Assembly (NCBI GenBank): GCA_964367355.1
Contig: CAYIWY010000005.1
Location: 19,133 to 83,132 of the forward strand
Direction of reading: 5' to 3'
DNA: 64,000 nt
Source of the DNA: an uncultured Gammaproteobacteria bacterium
Lineage (GTDB): Bacteria; Patescibacteriota; Microgenomatia; Woykebacterales; RBG-16-39-9b
Position 1 is the first letter of the stretch. Each line of letters opens with the position of its first letter. This document shows positions 50,949-60,553 of the stretch, one piece after another. Position numbers and translations under genes: made by a program. The notes under the pieces were generated by a model that worked only from the letters and a program-made list of their open reading frames with translations, was not told where the DNA came from and made no database searches.

Positions 50949-50970
50949 TTTTTTTACTCCTGAATTAACT

Positions 50971-51567
50971 CTAAGTCTTTGAAAAAACCTGGTCAATTAC
51001 TTCTTTACTTATTGGTCCAGCTCGAACTAGTTTGTAATTCTTGTTATTTTCAAACGAGATGATCGTTGAAGGACGCAGTCCTTCAGGCTCAATATCGACA
51101 ACGTAGTCTACCAGTATAATTAGTTCTTTGTCAATCTCAGCCAAAAACTTTGCTGGTTTGCCACCTTGAAAATTGGCAGAAGGGGCTAAAAGCGGGACTC
51201 CCACCTGTTTTAGTAAGTTTAGCAACCACTTGTGTGCCGGAACTCTAACCGCCAAGGTATTTTGGGGTCCTAGGATCGATTTTGGGACACTTTTTCTACT
51301 CTGGAGGCAAATAGTCAAAGGGCCCGGCCAAAACGCGTCTGCTAGCTGTTTAGCTCTGGCGTTAAAAACTACCAATTTTTCCAGTTTCTCGACACTACTA
51401 GCCAAAACTAAAGTTGGTTTAGCGACATCTCGTTTTTTTATTTGATAAAGTTTTTCAATACTTTTTGGAAAGTTGACTAAACAACCGATTCCAAAAACCG
51501 TATCGGTTGGAAAAATTATTATGCCGCCTTCTTGTAAAATTATTTTAGCAGAAGTGAGTTGCTGCAT
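50971..51567 (-). CDS. tsaC: Threonylcarbamoyl-AMP synthase (Sua5/YrdC)
   Basis: FPTDTVFGIG, FWPGPLT, APSAN. Confidence 0.93.
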   Translation of the reverse strand: MQQLTSAKIILQEGGIIIFPTDTVFGIGCLVNFPKSIEKLYQIKKRDVAKPTLVLASSVEKLEKLVVFNARAKQLADAFWPGPLTICLQSRKSVPKSILGPQNTLAVRVPAHKWLLNLLKQVGVPLLAPSANFQGGKPAKFLAEIDKELIILVDYVVDIEPEGLRPSTIISFENNKNYKLVRAGPISKEVIDQVFSKT

Positions 51568-53307
51568 TTAAGTTGGCAGTTCTTTTTGAATATGGGTGAC
51601 AAAATTTTCAATTGAAATTGTCCCCAGGTTTTTACCATCACGATCACGGACGGCAACTTCTTTTTTAACTTGTTCCCGATCACCTACGATCAGCATATAA
51701 GGTATTTTTTGAATCTGCGCGTCGCGAATCTTAGCTCCCATTGGTTCTGATTTGCCGTTAACTTCGGCTCTAAATCCTTGCTTCTGCAGATCTTCCTGCA
51801 CATTGTTCGCGTAGTCTAAATGGCGGTCTGAAATTGGAATAACTTCGATCTGGATTGGGGAAAGCCAAGTCGGAAGTTTGCCGCTGTAATGTTCCAACAA
51901 AAACGCCATAATTCTTTCAATTGCTCCGATTGAAGAGCGGTGAATAACCACAACTTCCGCTTCTTTACCTTGATCATCAATATATTTTAGGTCAAATTTC
52001 TTGGGTTGAACAAAATCATATTGAATCGTATAAGCAGTCTCTTCTTTTCCGAGAACGTTTCGCATTTGAATATCGATCTTAGGTCCGTAAAAAGCAGCCT
52101 CATTTTCAGCTTCAAAAAACGGTGCTTTTGCTTCTTGTAAAACTTCTCGCAGAAGGTTTTCGGCCTGATCCCAAGCAGCATCGGCTTTAAAATATTTCTT
52201 AACTTCTTTGCGGTCACCGAGAGATAATCTAAACCGATAGTCTTCGCCTTTTTTTAAACCCAATGTTTGGTTGACTTCTTCGATTAAATCCAAAACACCT
52301 TTAATTTCGGCTTTTGCTTGGTCTGGTTTACAAATAATGTGCGCATCGGACAATGTAAACATACGAACTCGCATCAGACCAGAAAGTTCACCACTTTTTT
52401 CATAACGAAATTGCTCTGCGATCTCAGCTAGTTTTATCGGAAGTTCCTTGTAGCTATGAATCTCCGCTTTATAAAGCATGAAGTGATGTGGGCAAGTCAT
52501 TGGACGGAGTATTAGTTCTTCGTCGTCAACTACCATCGGTGGGTACATCGTGTCCTTATAATATGGGTAGTGGCCGGAAAGTCGGTACAAATCGACCTTG
52601 GCTAACGGTGGAGTTTGGACGTGTATGTATCCTTTCGACAACTCAAGGTCGACAATATATCTTTCCAAAACTCGTCTGAAAGTTGTACCCTTTCCGGTGA
52701 GTAAAGGCAGACCCTTGCCGACAAGATCAGAAAAAACAAAAAGTCCAAGGTCCTTACCGATTTTGCGGTGGTCACTTTCTTTGGCCAATTCAAGTTTAGT
52801 CAGATAATCTTCTAGTTCGGCTTTTGTTGGCCAAACCGTTCCGTAGATTCTAGTCAGCATTGGGTTTTTCTCACTACCACGCCAATAAGCACCGGCAATA
52901 GAAAGTAGTTTAAACGCGTCAATTTCCTTGCTTGGATTTTCACAATGAGCGCCTTTGCAAAGATCAACAAAGTTTCCACTTTGGTAAAGGGAGAGTGTTT
53001 TACCTTCTTTTGAAAATTCTTCGATTAGCTCTATTTTAAAAGGATTGTTCTTAAATCTCGCCAATGCTTCTTTTTTAGTAACCTCAATTCGGGTAAAATT
53101 CTTCCAAGATTTAACGATTTCGGTCATTTTCTTTTCAATTTTTGGTAAATCAGTTTCAGAAATCGGTTTTTTGAAGTCAAAATCGTAGTAAAAACCATTT
53201 TCAATCGCTGGTCCAATTGCTAGTTTTGTATCTGGATAGATATCCAAAACAGCTGCGGCTAGTAAATGGGCACTGGAGTGTCGAAGATCATTGAGATTAT
53301 TTTTCAT
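51568..53307 (-). CDS. thrS: Threonine--tRNA ligase (no N-terminal TGS domain)
   Basis: LRHSSAHLLA, RPMTCPHH, FYGPKID. Confidence 0.97.
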   Translation of the reverse strand: MKNNLNDLRHSSAHLLAAAVLDIYPDTKLAIGPAIENGFYYDFDFKKPISETDLPKIEKKMTEIVKSWKNFTRIEVTKKEALARFKNNPFKIELIEEFSKEGKTLSLYQSGNFVDLCKGAHCENPSKEIDAFKLLSIAGAYWRGSEKNPMLTRIYGTVWPTKAELEDYLTKLELAKESDHRKIGKDLGLFVFSDLVGKGLPLLTGKGTTFRRVLERYIVDLELSKGYIHVQTPPLAKVDLYRLSGHYPYYKDTMYPPMVVDDEELILRPMTCPHHFMLYKAEIHSYKELPIKLAEIAEQFRYEKSGELSGLMRVRMFTLSDAHIICKPDQAKAEIKGVLDLIEEVNQTLGLKKGEDYRFRLSLGDRKEVKKYFKADAAWDQAENLLREVLQEAKAPFFEAENEAAFYGPKIDIQMRNVLGKEETAYTIQYDFVQPKKFDLKYIDDQGKEAEVVVIHRSSIGAIERIMAFLLEHYSGKLPTWLSPIQIEVIPISDRHLDYANNVQEDLQKQGFRAEVNGKSEPMGAKIRDAQIQKIPYMLIVGDREQVKKEVAVRDRDGKNLGTISIENFVTHIQKELPT

Positions 53308-53549
53308 CGCCTGATTGAGGTATTTTGAACATAATTAAGAATGTCAGAAATGTAATCACCTATCAATGGAACAGTATCTAGTTGACTAAGAATAAAAAGT
53401 AAAAAAGCCAAAACAAACGTAGCTCCAATTACTGTTCCAAGACCCCAGGCCATACCGGAAAGAAAATTGGCAAACACCATTTTTCCAATTGAAGCTTTTA
53501 TTTCAACCATTTTACCTGAGGCGACAATTTTAATTAGTTGCTCTGGCAT
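53304..53549 (-). CDS. DUF5665-like small membrane protein
   Basis: NFLSGMAWGLGTVIGAT..VPLIGDYI. Confidence 0.8.
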   Translation of the reverse strand: MPEQLIKIVASGKMVEIKASIGKMVFANFLSGMAWGLGTVIGATFVLAFLLFILSQLDTVPLIGDYISDILNYVQNTSIRR

Positions 53550-53729
53550 TTATTTACCTCTGACGGTTAATTGCAAAAAGATTGTAATCAGGTAAAAAGT
53601 TGCTGAAGTGAAGATTACTAAAATGAGTCCGTTTGTATCGAGGATTCCAACGGAGAGAATTTTATCAAATCCGGCAAAAAGCAGGAGAAGGGTGGCAATA
53701 ATATTAATATAGATCAGTATTTTTCCCAT
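53550..53729 (-). CDS. Small two-TM protein (59 aa, below the ORF track cutoff)
   Basis: MGKILIYINIIATLLLFAGFDKILSVG..LQLTVRGK; its stop abuts the next ATG. Confidence 0.55.
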   Translation of the reverse strand: MGKILIYINIIATLLLLFAGFDKILSVGILDTNGLILVIFTSATFYLITIFLQLTVRGK

Positions 53730-53762
53730 TTAGGCAGCCTTTCAGTTAGGTAAATAATAATA

Positions 53763-53839
53763 TGGTGGACGGTACAGGGATCGAACCTGTGACCTCCGCA
53801 ATGTCAATGCGACGCTCTAACCAGCTGAGCTAACCGTCC
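53763..53839 (-). tRNA. tRNA-Val(GAC)
   Basis: Full cloverleaf GGACGGT..ACCGTCC-ACCA, anticodon loop TTGACAT, GGTTCGATCC. Confidence 0.97.
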
Positions 53840-53862
53840 AAAACAAATCAAGTCTCAAAACT

Positions 53863-54465
53863 TTACTTGAGCGGAGTTTTGACTTTCCTTCCTTCGATTA
53901 CTTTATCAATTATACCATAGTTTTTAGCTTCGGTTGCACTCATGAAGAAGTCGCGTTCAGTATCTTTTTCAATTTGGGAAATTTTCTTCTTGGTTTCTTT
54001 AGCTAAAATTTCGTTAAGTAGTTTTTTGGTTTTTAAGATTTCTTCAGCGTGGATTTGAATATCACTAGCTTGTCCCTCAATTCCCCCTAGTGGCTGGTGA
54101 ATCATTATTTTTGAATTAGGAAGTGAAACACGTTTGCCCCTCTCGCCTCCGGCTAACAAAACCGCGGCTCCAGAGGCAGCCATACCAACACAAACTGTGG
54201 AAACGCAGGCTTTAATAAACTTCATTGTGTCATAAATTGCTAAAGTTGAGTGTACGTGCCCGCCGGGTGAGTTTATATAGAAAGAAATATCTTTATCGGA
54301 ATTTTCATTATCCAAAAAAAGTAACTCTGCAATTATCACGTTGGCCACGTCATCGTTAATTGGCCCACCAAGAAAAATAATTCTTTCTTCAAGAAGCCGA
54401 CTAAAAATATCATATGCGCGTTCCCCGTTTGGTTCCCGTTTCACCACCATTGGTACTAAGTCCAT
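53863..54465 (-). CDS. clpP: ATP-dependent Clp protease proteolytic subunit
   Basis: DIFSRLL, YINSPGG, GMAASG, IMIHQP; start ATG 54465. Confidence 0.97.
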   Translation of the reverse strand: MDLVPMVVKREPNGERAYDIFSRLLEERIIFLGGPINDDVANVIIAELLFLDNENSDKDISFYINSPGGHVHSTLAIYDTMKFIKACVSTVCVGMAASGAAVLLAGGERGKRVSLPNSKIMIHQPLGGIEGQASDIQIHAEEILKTKKLLNEILAKETKKKISQIEKDTERDFFMSATEAKNYGIIDKVIEGRKVKTPLK

Positions 54466-54619
54466 AATTTGAAGTTTCCTTAAAGCTATTATTAATTTTA
54501 GCTTTGAATTATATCTCGCGAAGCGAGTTATAAGGTGTATTCTAACAAACCTAAGCAAATTGTCCATCGGACAAAAAGGAACCCCTGGCAACAATTTTGT
54601 TACCAAGGGTTTTATTGCT

Positions 54620-54817
54620 TCAACGAACCTCGAAAAAATCACCAAGTTCAAGTTGGAGTCTCAATCTCTCGTAGTAAAGTTTTTCCAACTTTCCTTGCGG
54701 GATATTTTGACCAGCTGATTTTGCAGTTGCTTGTCCAATTCTTGCACAAACACTAACGTATTGTGCGTATATCCGTTCGGTTTTTGTCGCTTTAGTGTCA
54801 GCAAATGGCGGTTCCAT
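54620..54817 (-). CDS. Hypothetical protein
   Basis: GGAG SD; abuts the upstream small ORF. Confidence 0.5.
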   Translation of the reverse strand: MEPPFADTKATKTERIYAQYVSVCARIGQATAKSAGQNIPQGKLEKLYYERLRLQLELGDFFEVR

Positions 54818-54819
54818 AC

Positions 54820-55005
54820 CTACTCCATTCCGTAATGCTGACGGGTTATTTTTCCCATTAAGGCCTCGCGTCGTTCCTGAGTAGCTCTGGTTACGAATGA
54901 AGTTGGAATAGTTCTGGTCAAAAGACCAACCTCATCTTCAACAACGACTGCCCCATCCTTCACCTTAAGGTCAGGTTCTTCGCTTATTTTTCTTCCTGAA
55001 GACAT
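54820..55005 (-). CDS. Hypothetical protein
   Basis: GGAGG SD before ATG. Confidence 0.55.
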   Translation of the reverse strand: MSSGRKISEEPDLKVKDGAVVVEDEVGLLTRTIPTSFVTRATQERREALMGKITRQHYGME

Positions 55006-55108
55006 GTAACCTCCATGCTTATCTTAACGATCAACCTTTCTCTCTTGTAACGGGCTCCTTTCCTCTCGTCCTTCGATCCTTTCCAACCACTTTTCGTGGG
55101 AATTTGTT

Positions 55109-55183
55109 TGGTGGGAAGTATGAGTCTCAAACTCACAAAGCGGGACGACTGTTGGGATCACCAACAAAGTTTCGCACCTTCCC
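55109..55183 (-). ncRNA. tRNA-like element (acceptor stem, T-arm, encoded ACCA, no D-stem)
   Basis: GGGAAG/CTTCCC-ACCA; GTGAG-TTTGAGA-CTCAT; TGTTG-GTGATCC-CAACA; 75 nt. Confidence 0.5.
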
Positions 55184-55245
55184 AAGTTTTACCCACTAAA
55201 AAAGCCCCTTTTGGGGGCCTTTGTCTTCTCTATTTGATTTGCGGT

Positions 55246-55329
55246 TTAGCTTTTGGCCCCCAATGCAAAACCGCCCTTAGTAACCGTAAGGACAAAGCTA
55301 AGCATAATAATATGGCTAAAAACTTTCAT
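55246..55329 (-). CDS. Candidate 27-aa hydrophobic peptide
   Basis: MKVFSHIIMLSFVLTVTKGGFALGAKS; ATG 7 nt after TTGACA..TACAAT; hairpin GGCCCC/GGGGCT plus T-run downstream. Confidence 0.4.
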   Translation of the reverse strand: MKVFSHIIMLSFVLTVTKGGFALGAKS

Positions 55330-55372
55330 CTGCTTGATTGTATGCTTTAGTGATAAAAATTGTCAAGTAAAA

Positions 55373-56287
55373 TTACCTTATTTCAATACTCGAAGCAGAC
55401 CCGGTTATTTCAATTTCTATTTTAATTGCAGCTTGATCAAAATTAGTTGATTTATAGTTTTCCTTATCGATCTGTTTAAAGCGAGTCGAGTCAATCTTTA
55501 ATGATTTAAAAGAAGAAACAATTTTTAAGGAAGCCCCGTCTTCCTTGGGAATCGTTAGAGTTATCAACGAAGCCTGGGTAAAGAAATAAGCTTTGGTTGA
55601 AAAATCTTTGGCAAAGTTAGCCTTGATTGTACCGGTTTTTGAATTTATTTCTACCTCTGTGACTCGTAATTTTTTTAAATTCAGATCAAATACACCGGAA
55701 TTTGAAACAAAAGAAAGCCTTAATGGAATGGAACTAGTCAGTTTAAATTCGCCGCTATTGCCAATATTGTTCGACAACGGAACTTGCTTTTTGTTTTCTT
55801 GAATTATTTTGTATTCGACTTCACCAAACTGTCGATTTTCAGTAAGCTTGGGTTTTGGTAAAACCTGAGAATATTTTAAGAAGCCAGAAAAAGATTTAGT
55901 TGAATTTTCATTGAGGTTTCCGATTTTTAAATTGGTCGATGGTAGTTCAAATCTCAAACTTGCCTTTGTTAGATTTCCCAATGGTTTTTCAAAGTTCACT
56001 TTTTTGGTGGCCAGTGGATTGCCCGTAAATGGATTCAAAACTAAAATGATTGGGACTAAAAAAATCAAAATCAACAAAAAAACAAAACTTTTCACCGAGG
56101 CGTTTCGTCCTAAGATTATCTCCACTCCAAAGAGAACAAGTAAAATTGGCCAGAATTTCCACAAATTTTGCCATAGATCCCAGGATAAAACCCCGAAATT
56201 GTTTAAGAGAAAAACTATACCCAGTAGAATCAAAAAGAGAGCTGTGAAAGAGAAACCTTTGCTGTTTTTTTCAAAATTATTCGACAT
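55373..56287 (-). CDS. LiaF/DUF5668-type membrane protein
   Basis: LILLGIVFLLNNFG..WKFWPILLVLFG. Confidence 0.8.
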   Translation of the reverse strand: MSNNFEKNSKGFSFTALFLILLGIVFLLNNFGVLSWDLWQNLWKFWPILLVLFGVEIILGRNASVKSFVFLLILIFLVPIILVLNPFTGNPLATKKVNFEKPLGNLTKASLRFELPSTNLKIGNLNENSTKSFSGFLKYSQVLPKPKLTENRQFGEVEYKIIQENKKQVPLSNNIGNSGEFKLTSSIPLRLSFVSNSGVFDLNLKKLRVTEVEINSKTGTIKANFAKDFSTKAYFFTQASLITLTIPKEDGASLKIVSSFKSLKIDSTRFKQIDKENYKSTNFDQAAIKIEIEITGSASSIEIR

Positions 56288-56288
56288 A

Positions 56289-56702
56289 TTAAATTTTTCG
56301 GTCTAGCTTCGAAGATTTATATTTAGCTGGATTATAAGGTTTAAGACGCCGCAGTGCCACTTGCGTTAAGCGATGACTTCTTAAAGCTTTCCTAAGTTCA
56401 AAAATAGTTGGTTTTTGATCGTAACCCAGAGCGATTAAGTCAATTTTATTAGTTCTCAAGGTTCGAAAATAATTGTTGGTTTTTGATCCCAAAATAACTT
56501 TATCAGCAATTTTTGCTTTTCGAACCGCCCTGAGACGGGCCTTTTCATTGTTTCTTGGCAGCTTACCTTTAACTTTGAGAGTATTTTGATCACGAGCCAC
56601 GACAATAAGAAGATAGTCGCCTAGCTTTTTTGCTTGTTTTAAAAAAGAAATATGACCTGGGTGAAAAATATCAAAGGTTCCAAAGGCGACAACTCTGTTC
56701 AT
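56289..56702 (-). CDS. Cytidylyltransferase-family nucleotidyltransferase (RibL-like FAD synthase)
   Basis: FGTFDIFHPGH, VVARD, LGYDQ, YKSS; start ATG 56702. Confidence 0.85.
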   Translation of the reverse strand: MNRVVAFGTFDIFHPGHISFLKQAKKLGDYLLIVVARDQNTLKVKGKLPRNNEKARLRAVRKAKIADKVILGSKTNNYFRTLRTNKIDLIALGYDQKPTIFELRKALRSHRLTQVALRRLKPYNPAKYKSSKLDRKI

Positions 56703-56796
56703 ATAGGGATTATACAACGGAAAAAAAGCAGCCCTAGGTGAAAGTCTCACTTAGGGCTTTTGGGCAAGCAGTGCGTGTGTCTTCTCTGCCTAGATC

Positions 56797-57366
56797 TTAG
56801 TCAGATTGTGGATCGTCCTCCTCGTCGTCCTCATTCTCGTCTTCAACTTCGTGAAGGAGATCTTCATCGCCTGGATCGTCGTCTGGGTCCTCAAATGAGT
56901 TTCGCTGTTCTGATTGATGCGAACTGCTGTCGTCAGTTGAGCCAGTCTGCTCTCCTTCCCAACTTTGAGTTGGCTGTAAGGTGCCAGCTCGAATACCCCG
57001 GTAAAGAGTGAGCATTTCTGCTAGGTCTTTACCACACATTTTCAACTCGTAGTTTTCTCCGTGGCTGTAGGGACTTATGTCAAGCTCGGCTTCCGAATCT
57101 CCGTGCTTGTAAACTCCAAGCTTTCGAGATGGTCGGGTTGGAATATTGTCCCGAAAGGTTAAATGAGTGACGAATTCCCGAATGAACTCAGGGATCTGGT
57201 CCGTCAACTCCTGTAGGGAGAAGTGCCAACCATGCTCTCGGTGGATGGAGAGACCCTTGAAATAGTGGTCGTGCCAGCGTTGGGTGGGCTTTCCTCCTGA
57301 ACGCTCCACCGCCTCGAATCCTTCCTGGTTTTCGACCTCTTCCTTCACATAAACGTTAACCGACAT
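56797..57366 (-). CDS. Hypothetical protein with an acidic C-terminal tail
   Basis: 189 aa ORF, AAAGGAG SD, own promoter and terminator. Confidence 0.75.
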   Translation of the reverse strand: MSVNVYVKEEVENQEGFEAVERSGGKPTQRWHDHYFKGLSIHREHGWHFSLQELTDQIPEFIREFVTHLTFRDNIPTRPSRKLGVYKHGDSEAELDISPYSHGENYELKMCGKDLAEMLTLYRGIRAGTLQPTQSWEGEQTGSTDDSSSHQSEQRNSFEDPDDDPGDEDLLHEVEDENEDDEEDDPQSD

Positions 57367-57585
57367 CTCTCTACTACTCCTTTGTCGTCCGGTCTTCCGC
57401 AGGGCTACTCACCTCTGTCGGTCCTGTCAACGACCACTAGTTACCAGAAACTCTCTGGCAAACGAAAATAATATACCATACTATGGGTCAATTGTCAAGA
57501 TCAATCTTAGAAATTATTAGACAGAAAAGTATTTAAGATACCTTTGAAGATGGGGATTTGCTATAATGCTTAGGTTAATAAGTAA

Positions 57586-57670
57586 GCGGTCGTGGCGAAA
57601 CTGGCAGACGCGCAGGCCTTAGGAGCCTGTGGGGCAACCCGTGGAGGTTCAACTCCTCTCGACCGCACCA
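57586..57670 (+). tRNA. tRNA-Leu(TAG)
   Basis: GCGGTCG..CGACCGC-ACCA, anticodon loop CTTAGGA, long variable arm. Confidence 0.97.
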
Positions 57671-57671
57671 T

Positions 57672-58415
57672 TTAATGAGTTTTGAGTGTACGTTCAACTG
57701 CCGTCTGGTGGGCTAAGTTTTCCTCATTATCGTTGATAAATTTCAAGTCAAGATCGCCAAAGCGTTTTTGCAGTGCCAATTTTATTAAATAATCAGCAAA
57801 GAGTGGATTTTTTGGTAAAACAGGGCCATGTAAATAGCAGCCGTGGACATTATTTTCAATTGCTCCTTCTGTTCGATCTTTTCCGTTGTTGCCAAAACCA
57901 ATTATCACATTTCCAAAGGGTTTTGCTCTCTCCCCCAACACTGTTTTTCCAGAGTGGTTTTCAAAACCGACTAATTTTTCTTTTATAAAGGTTGGTTCTA
58001 TCAAAATATTACCCGTCATTCTCTCTTTTCCGGCGGTGGTTGTAACATCTAGAATACCCAAACCTTCAAGTTCGTTTCCATCACTGTCGCGGTAATAATG
58101 GCCAAAAAGTTGGTAGCCACCGCAAATACCCAAGAAAACTTTTTTATCGTCTGCCTCTTGATTCAAAAAATCCTTTTTATAATGTTTTAAATCCTCTGCA
58201 ACTTGAATTTGGGATTGATCCTGGCCTCCACCGAAAAAGTAGATATCAGTCCAGTCTGGTCTTAGTTCCTCTTTGAGGCCGATTTCTTCAACCTTGACTT
58301 CGATATCGCGCCAAGTTGCTCTTTTGACAAGGGTGATGATATTACCGCGATCCCCATAGGTGCTCATCTCCTTTGGATAAAACCAAGTTATATTTAGTTT
58401 AAGCTTAGTGTTCAT
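57672..58415 (-). CDS. gatD: Lipid II amidotransferase, glutaminase subunit
   Basis: YGDRGN, GGGQD, ICGGYQ, GFENH, HGPVLPKNP; start ATG 58415. Confidence 0.92.
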   Translation of the reverse strand: MNTKLKLNITWFYPKEMSTYGDRGNIITLVKRATWRDIEVKVEEIGLKEELRPDWTDIYFFGGGQDQSQIQVAEDLKHYKKDFLNQEADDKKVFLGICGGYQLFGHYYRDSDGNELEGLGILDVTTTAGKERMTGNILIEPTFIKEKLVGFENHSGKTVLGERAKPFGNVIIGFGNNGKDRTEGAIENNVHGCYLHGPVLPKNPLFADYLIKLALQKRFGDLDLKFINDNEENLAHQTAVERTLKTH

Positions 58416-58459
58416 ATAAATTATTTTTTTACTTTTTCTTTTTGACTTTTTACTTATTT

Positions 58460-59833
58460 TTAATCTTCCCAAAATTCACCGCTAATACCTTTTTTAACAA
58501 ACAGTTTTTTAAGTGAAAGCATGGCCGTGTAGGTTGGAATTATTAGTAGTGTACCCTCTTGTGGAAGCGACGAAAGACCTTTTTCAAGTGCATCCTCGAC
58601 TGTCGAAATATTTTCGTAGTTCTCAATTCCGGCATATTTCAGTCTCAAAGCCATATCGGCACTACGAACACCGCTAGTTAAAAATTTATGCTTGAGGGGC
58701 TTTAATTGTTCAAAGTTAACATCCCAAAGCCAGGAAACATCGCGTCCATCGGCGATAAAATCATTTATTAAAATTAGAACTGTTTGCGGTTCTTTTTTAA
58801 GGTAAGTGTTGATGATCTCGTTAAATCCGGTGGGGTTTTTCGCCAGTGCAACTATGATATTGCGACCTTGGTGTGAAAGTTTTTCAGCTCGCCCAAAAAC
58901 CGGTTTAAAATCACGGGCAGTGAGTGCAAAACTATCAAGATTAAATTTGCTTTCTTTCAAGGCGGCGTAACTACTTAAACAGTTGTAAATATTGTAGAGG
59001 CCTGGGGTGTTTATGGTCAAATCCAGATTAATTTCATTTTTGTCGTTTAAATCAAAGGTACTTAGATTTTCCAGGGTTTTTATTTTTGCGGCGACTACTT
59101 GGGTTTCTGGTCGCTTAAAACCACATTTAAGACAAGAATAATGTCCTTGATGTGAGATAAAGTAACCGCGATACTTCAACTCTGATTTACATTTGGGACA
59201 GCGAATATTGTCAACAGCCAGTGGTACTTCTTCATTCAAATATTGTGTGTCGTTGAGACCGAAATAAATCACCTTGCAGCGTACATTTTCGCCTAAGTAC
59301 GCTAGAGTTGGGTCGTCAGCGTTTAGTATCAGTGTTGTGTTTTCGTCAAGGTTGGCAATACATTTTTCCCAACTCTTTCGAATATTGTCGACCTCACCAT
59401 AACGATCAAGTTGGTCGCGAAATAGATTGGTGATTACTAGAACTGTTGGCGAAAGTTTGGTAATTACTGACGGCAACGCAGCTTCATCGACCTCAAAAAG
59501 AGCAGTTGTTGTGTGTAGTTTTCCAAAAAATGTAGTTTTTTTTAAAAAAGAAGAAATGATTCCTCTTTCAAGATTCGAACCCTGGCGATTGTGAATATAG
59601 TCTATGCCAAGTTTATCCAAATGATTACCAATAAGTCGACTAGTGGTCGTTTTTCCGTTTGTTCCGGTAACTAAAATTGTCGTTTTAAGGCCGGCTGCAA
59701 GTTTATTGAGAATTTTCGGTTCAAAATATAAACTGGCTAATCCTGGGGCGGCTGTGGCGCCACCGCCGGTTTTATTGATTGTGAATTTAAAAAGTTTTGC
59801 AATTATTAATGCAGCTTGAAATCGAAGGTTCAT
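58460..59833 (-). CDS. murT: Lipid II isoglutaminyl synthase subunit (Mur ligase family)
   Basis: TGTNGKTTT, RDQLDRYGE, KNPTG, DGRDVSWLWD. Confidence 0.93.
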   Translation of the reverse strand: MNLRFQAALIIAKLFKFTINKTGGGATAAPGLASLYFEPKILNKLAAGLKTTILVTGTNGKTTTSRLIGNHLDKLGIDYIHNRQGSNLERGIISSFLKKTTFFGKLHTTTALFEVDEAALPSVITKLSPTVLVITNLFRDQLDRYGEVDNIRKSWEKCIANLDENTTLILNADDPTLAYLGENVRCKVIYFGLNDTQYLNEEVPLAVDNIRCPKCKSELKYRGYFISHQGHYSCLKCGFKRPETQVVAAKIKTLENLSTFDLNDKNEINLDLTINTPGLYNIYNCLSSYAALKESKFNLDSFALTARDFKPVFGRAEKLSHQGRNIIVALAKNPTGFNEIINTYLKKEPQTVLILINDFIADGRDVSWLWDVNFEQLKPLKHKFLTSGVRSADMALRLKYAGIENYENISTVEDALEKGLSSLPQEGTLLIIPTYTAMLSLKKLFVKKGISGEFWED

Positions 59834-59869
59834 GCGCTAAATATTAGCACAGTTTAAGAAATATTGAAT

Positions 59870-60418
59870 TTAGAACGCCTGAATTTCAGCTTGGTATTTC
59901 GCCACTCTAACTGCCCAAGTGGGAGAAGCAGCATACATTTTACCAATTCTAAATGGTGTAATGTCGCCAGTTGGTGCATAACGGGTACGCAAGCCGTGGG
60001 CTACGGTTTCATTAGCATTTTCCCAGCTTAAAAATCTAAAGTTACCGTTGTTCCAGCCATACGGATTGAATGAACCAGCGGGAATCATTTTCCCTAGTTG
60101 TGATTCGAGATTGGCAATCGCGGGAAGTAGAGTCCAGTCAATATCGTAACGGTCAGCTACTTCAATAAAATTTTGAGCATAAGGAGTAAAAGGTGAAACC
60201 TTGGCAGCAAAATATTTTGTTAAACGACCAACACGATCATCTTTTGCAGCCACCACATCAAAAACAATCACGTCTGGATTTTGTGTTTGTGTACCCAAAG
60301 CAGTTGGTGTTTCCACCGCCTGGGTCTTTTCAGTAGAATTTGAAATTGTGGGACTTATTACAACTGCCAATAAAACAATCGTAACAAGGGCAAACGTCCG
60401 GGAAATAAACTTTAACAT
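59870..60418 (-). CDS. Secreted lysozyme-like/glucosaminidase-type protein
   Basis: Signal anchor; ADRYDIDWTLLPAIANLES..NPYGW; start ATG 60418. Confidence 0.75.
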   Translation of the reverse strand: MLKFISRTFALVTIVLLAVVISPTISNSTEKTQAVETPTALGTQTQNPDVIVFDVVAAKDDRVGRLTKYFAAKVSPFTPYAQNFIEVADRYDIDWTLLPAIANLESQLGKMIPAGSFNPYGWNNGNFRFLSWENANETVAHGLRTRYAPTGDITPFRIGKMYAASPTWAVRVAKYQAEIQAF

Positions 60419-60553
60419 CGTCTCCCCGATAAATCGAGGGAGCCAAAGAGAATCCCGATACAATCGGGACAAAAAAAATCTGTCTTGCGACAAATTACTT
60501 CGTAATTATAACCTATAATTCCCAAGGTGTCAAGTTTTGAGGAAATACTTAAT

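Noticed and set aside
53863-54651. N-terminally extended ClpP as given in the ORF track
   Set aside because: Homology starts at MDLVPMVV (54465); the extension covers the promoter region and overlaps the upstream ORF
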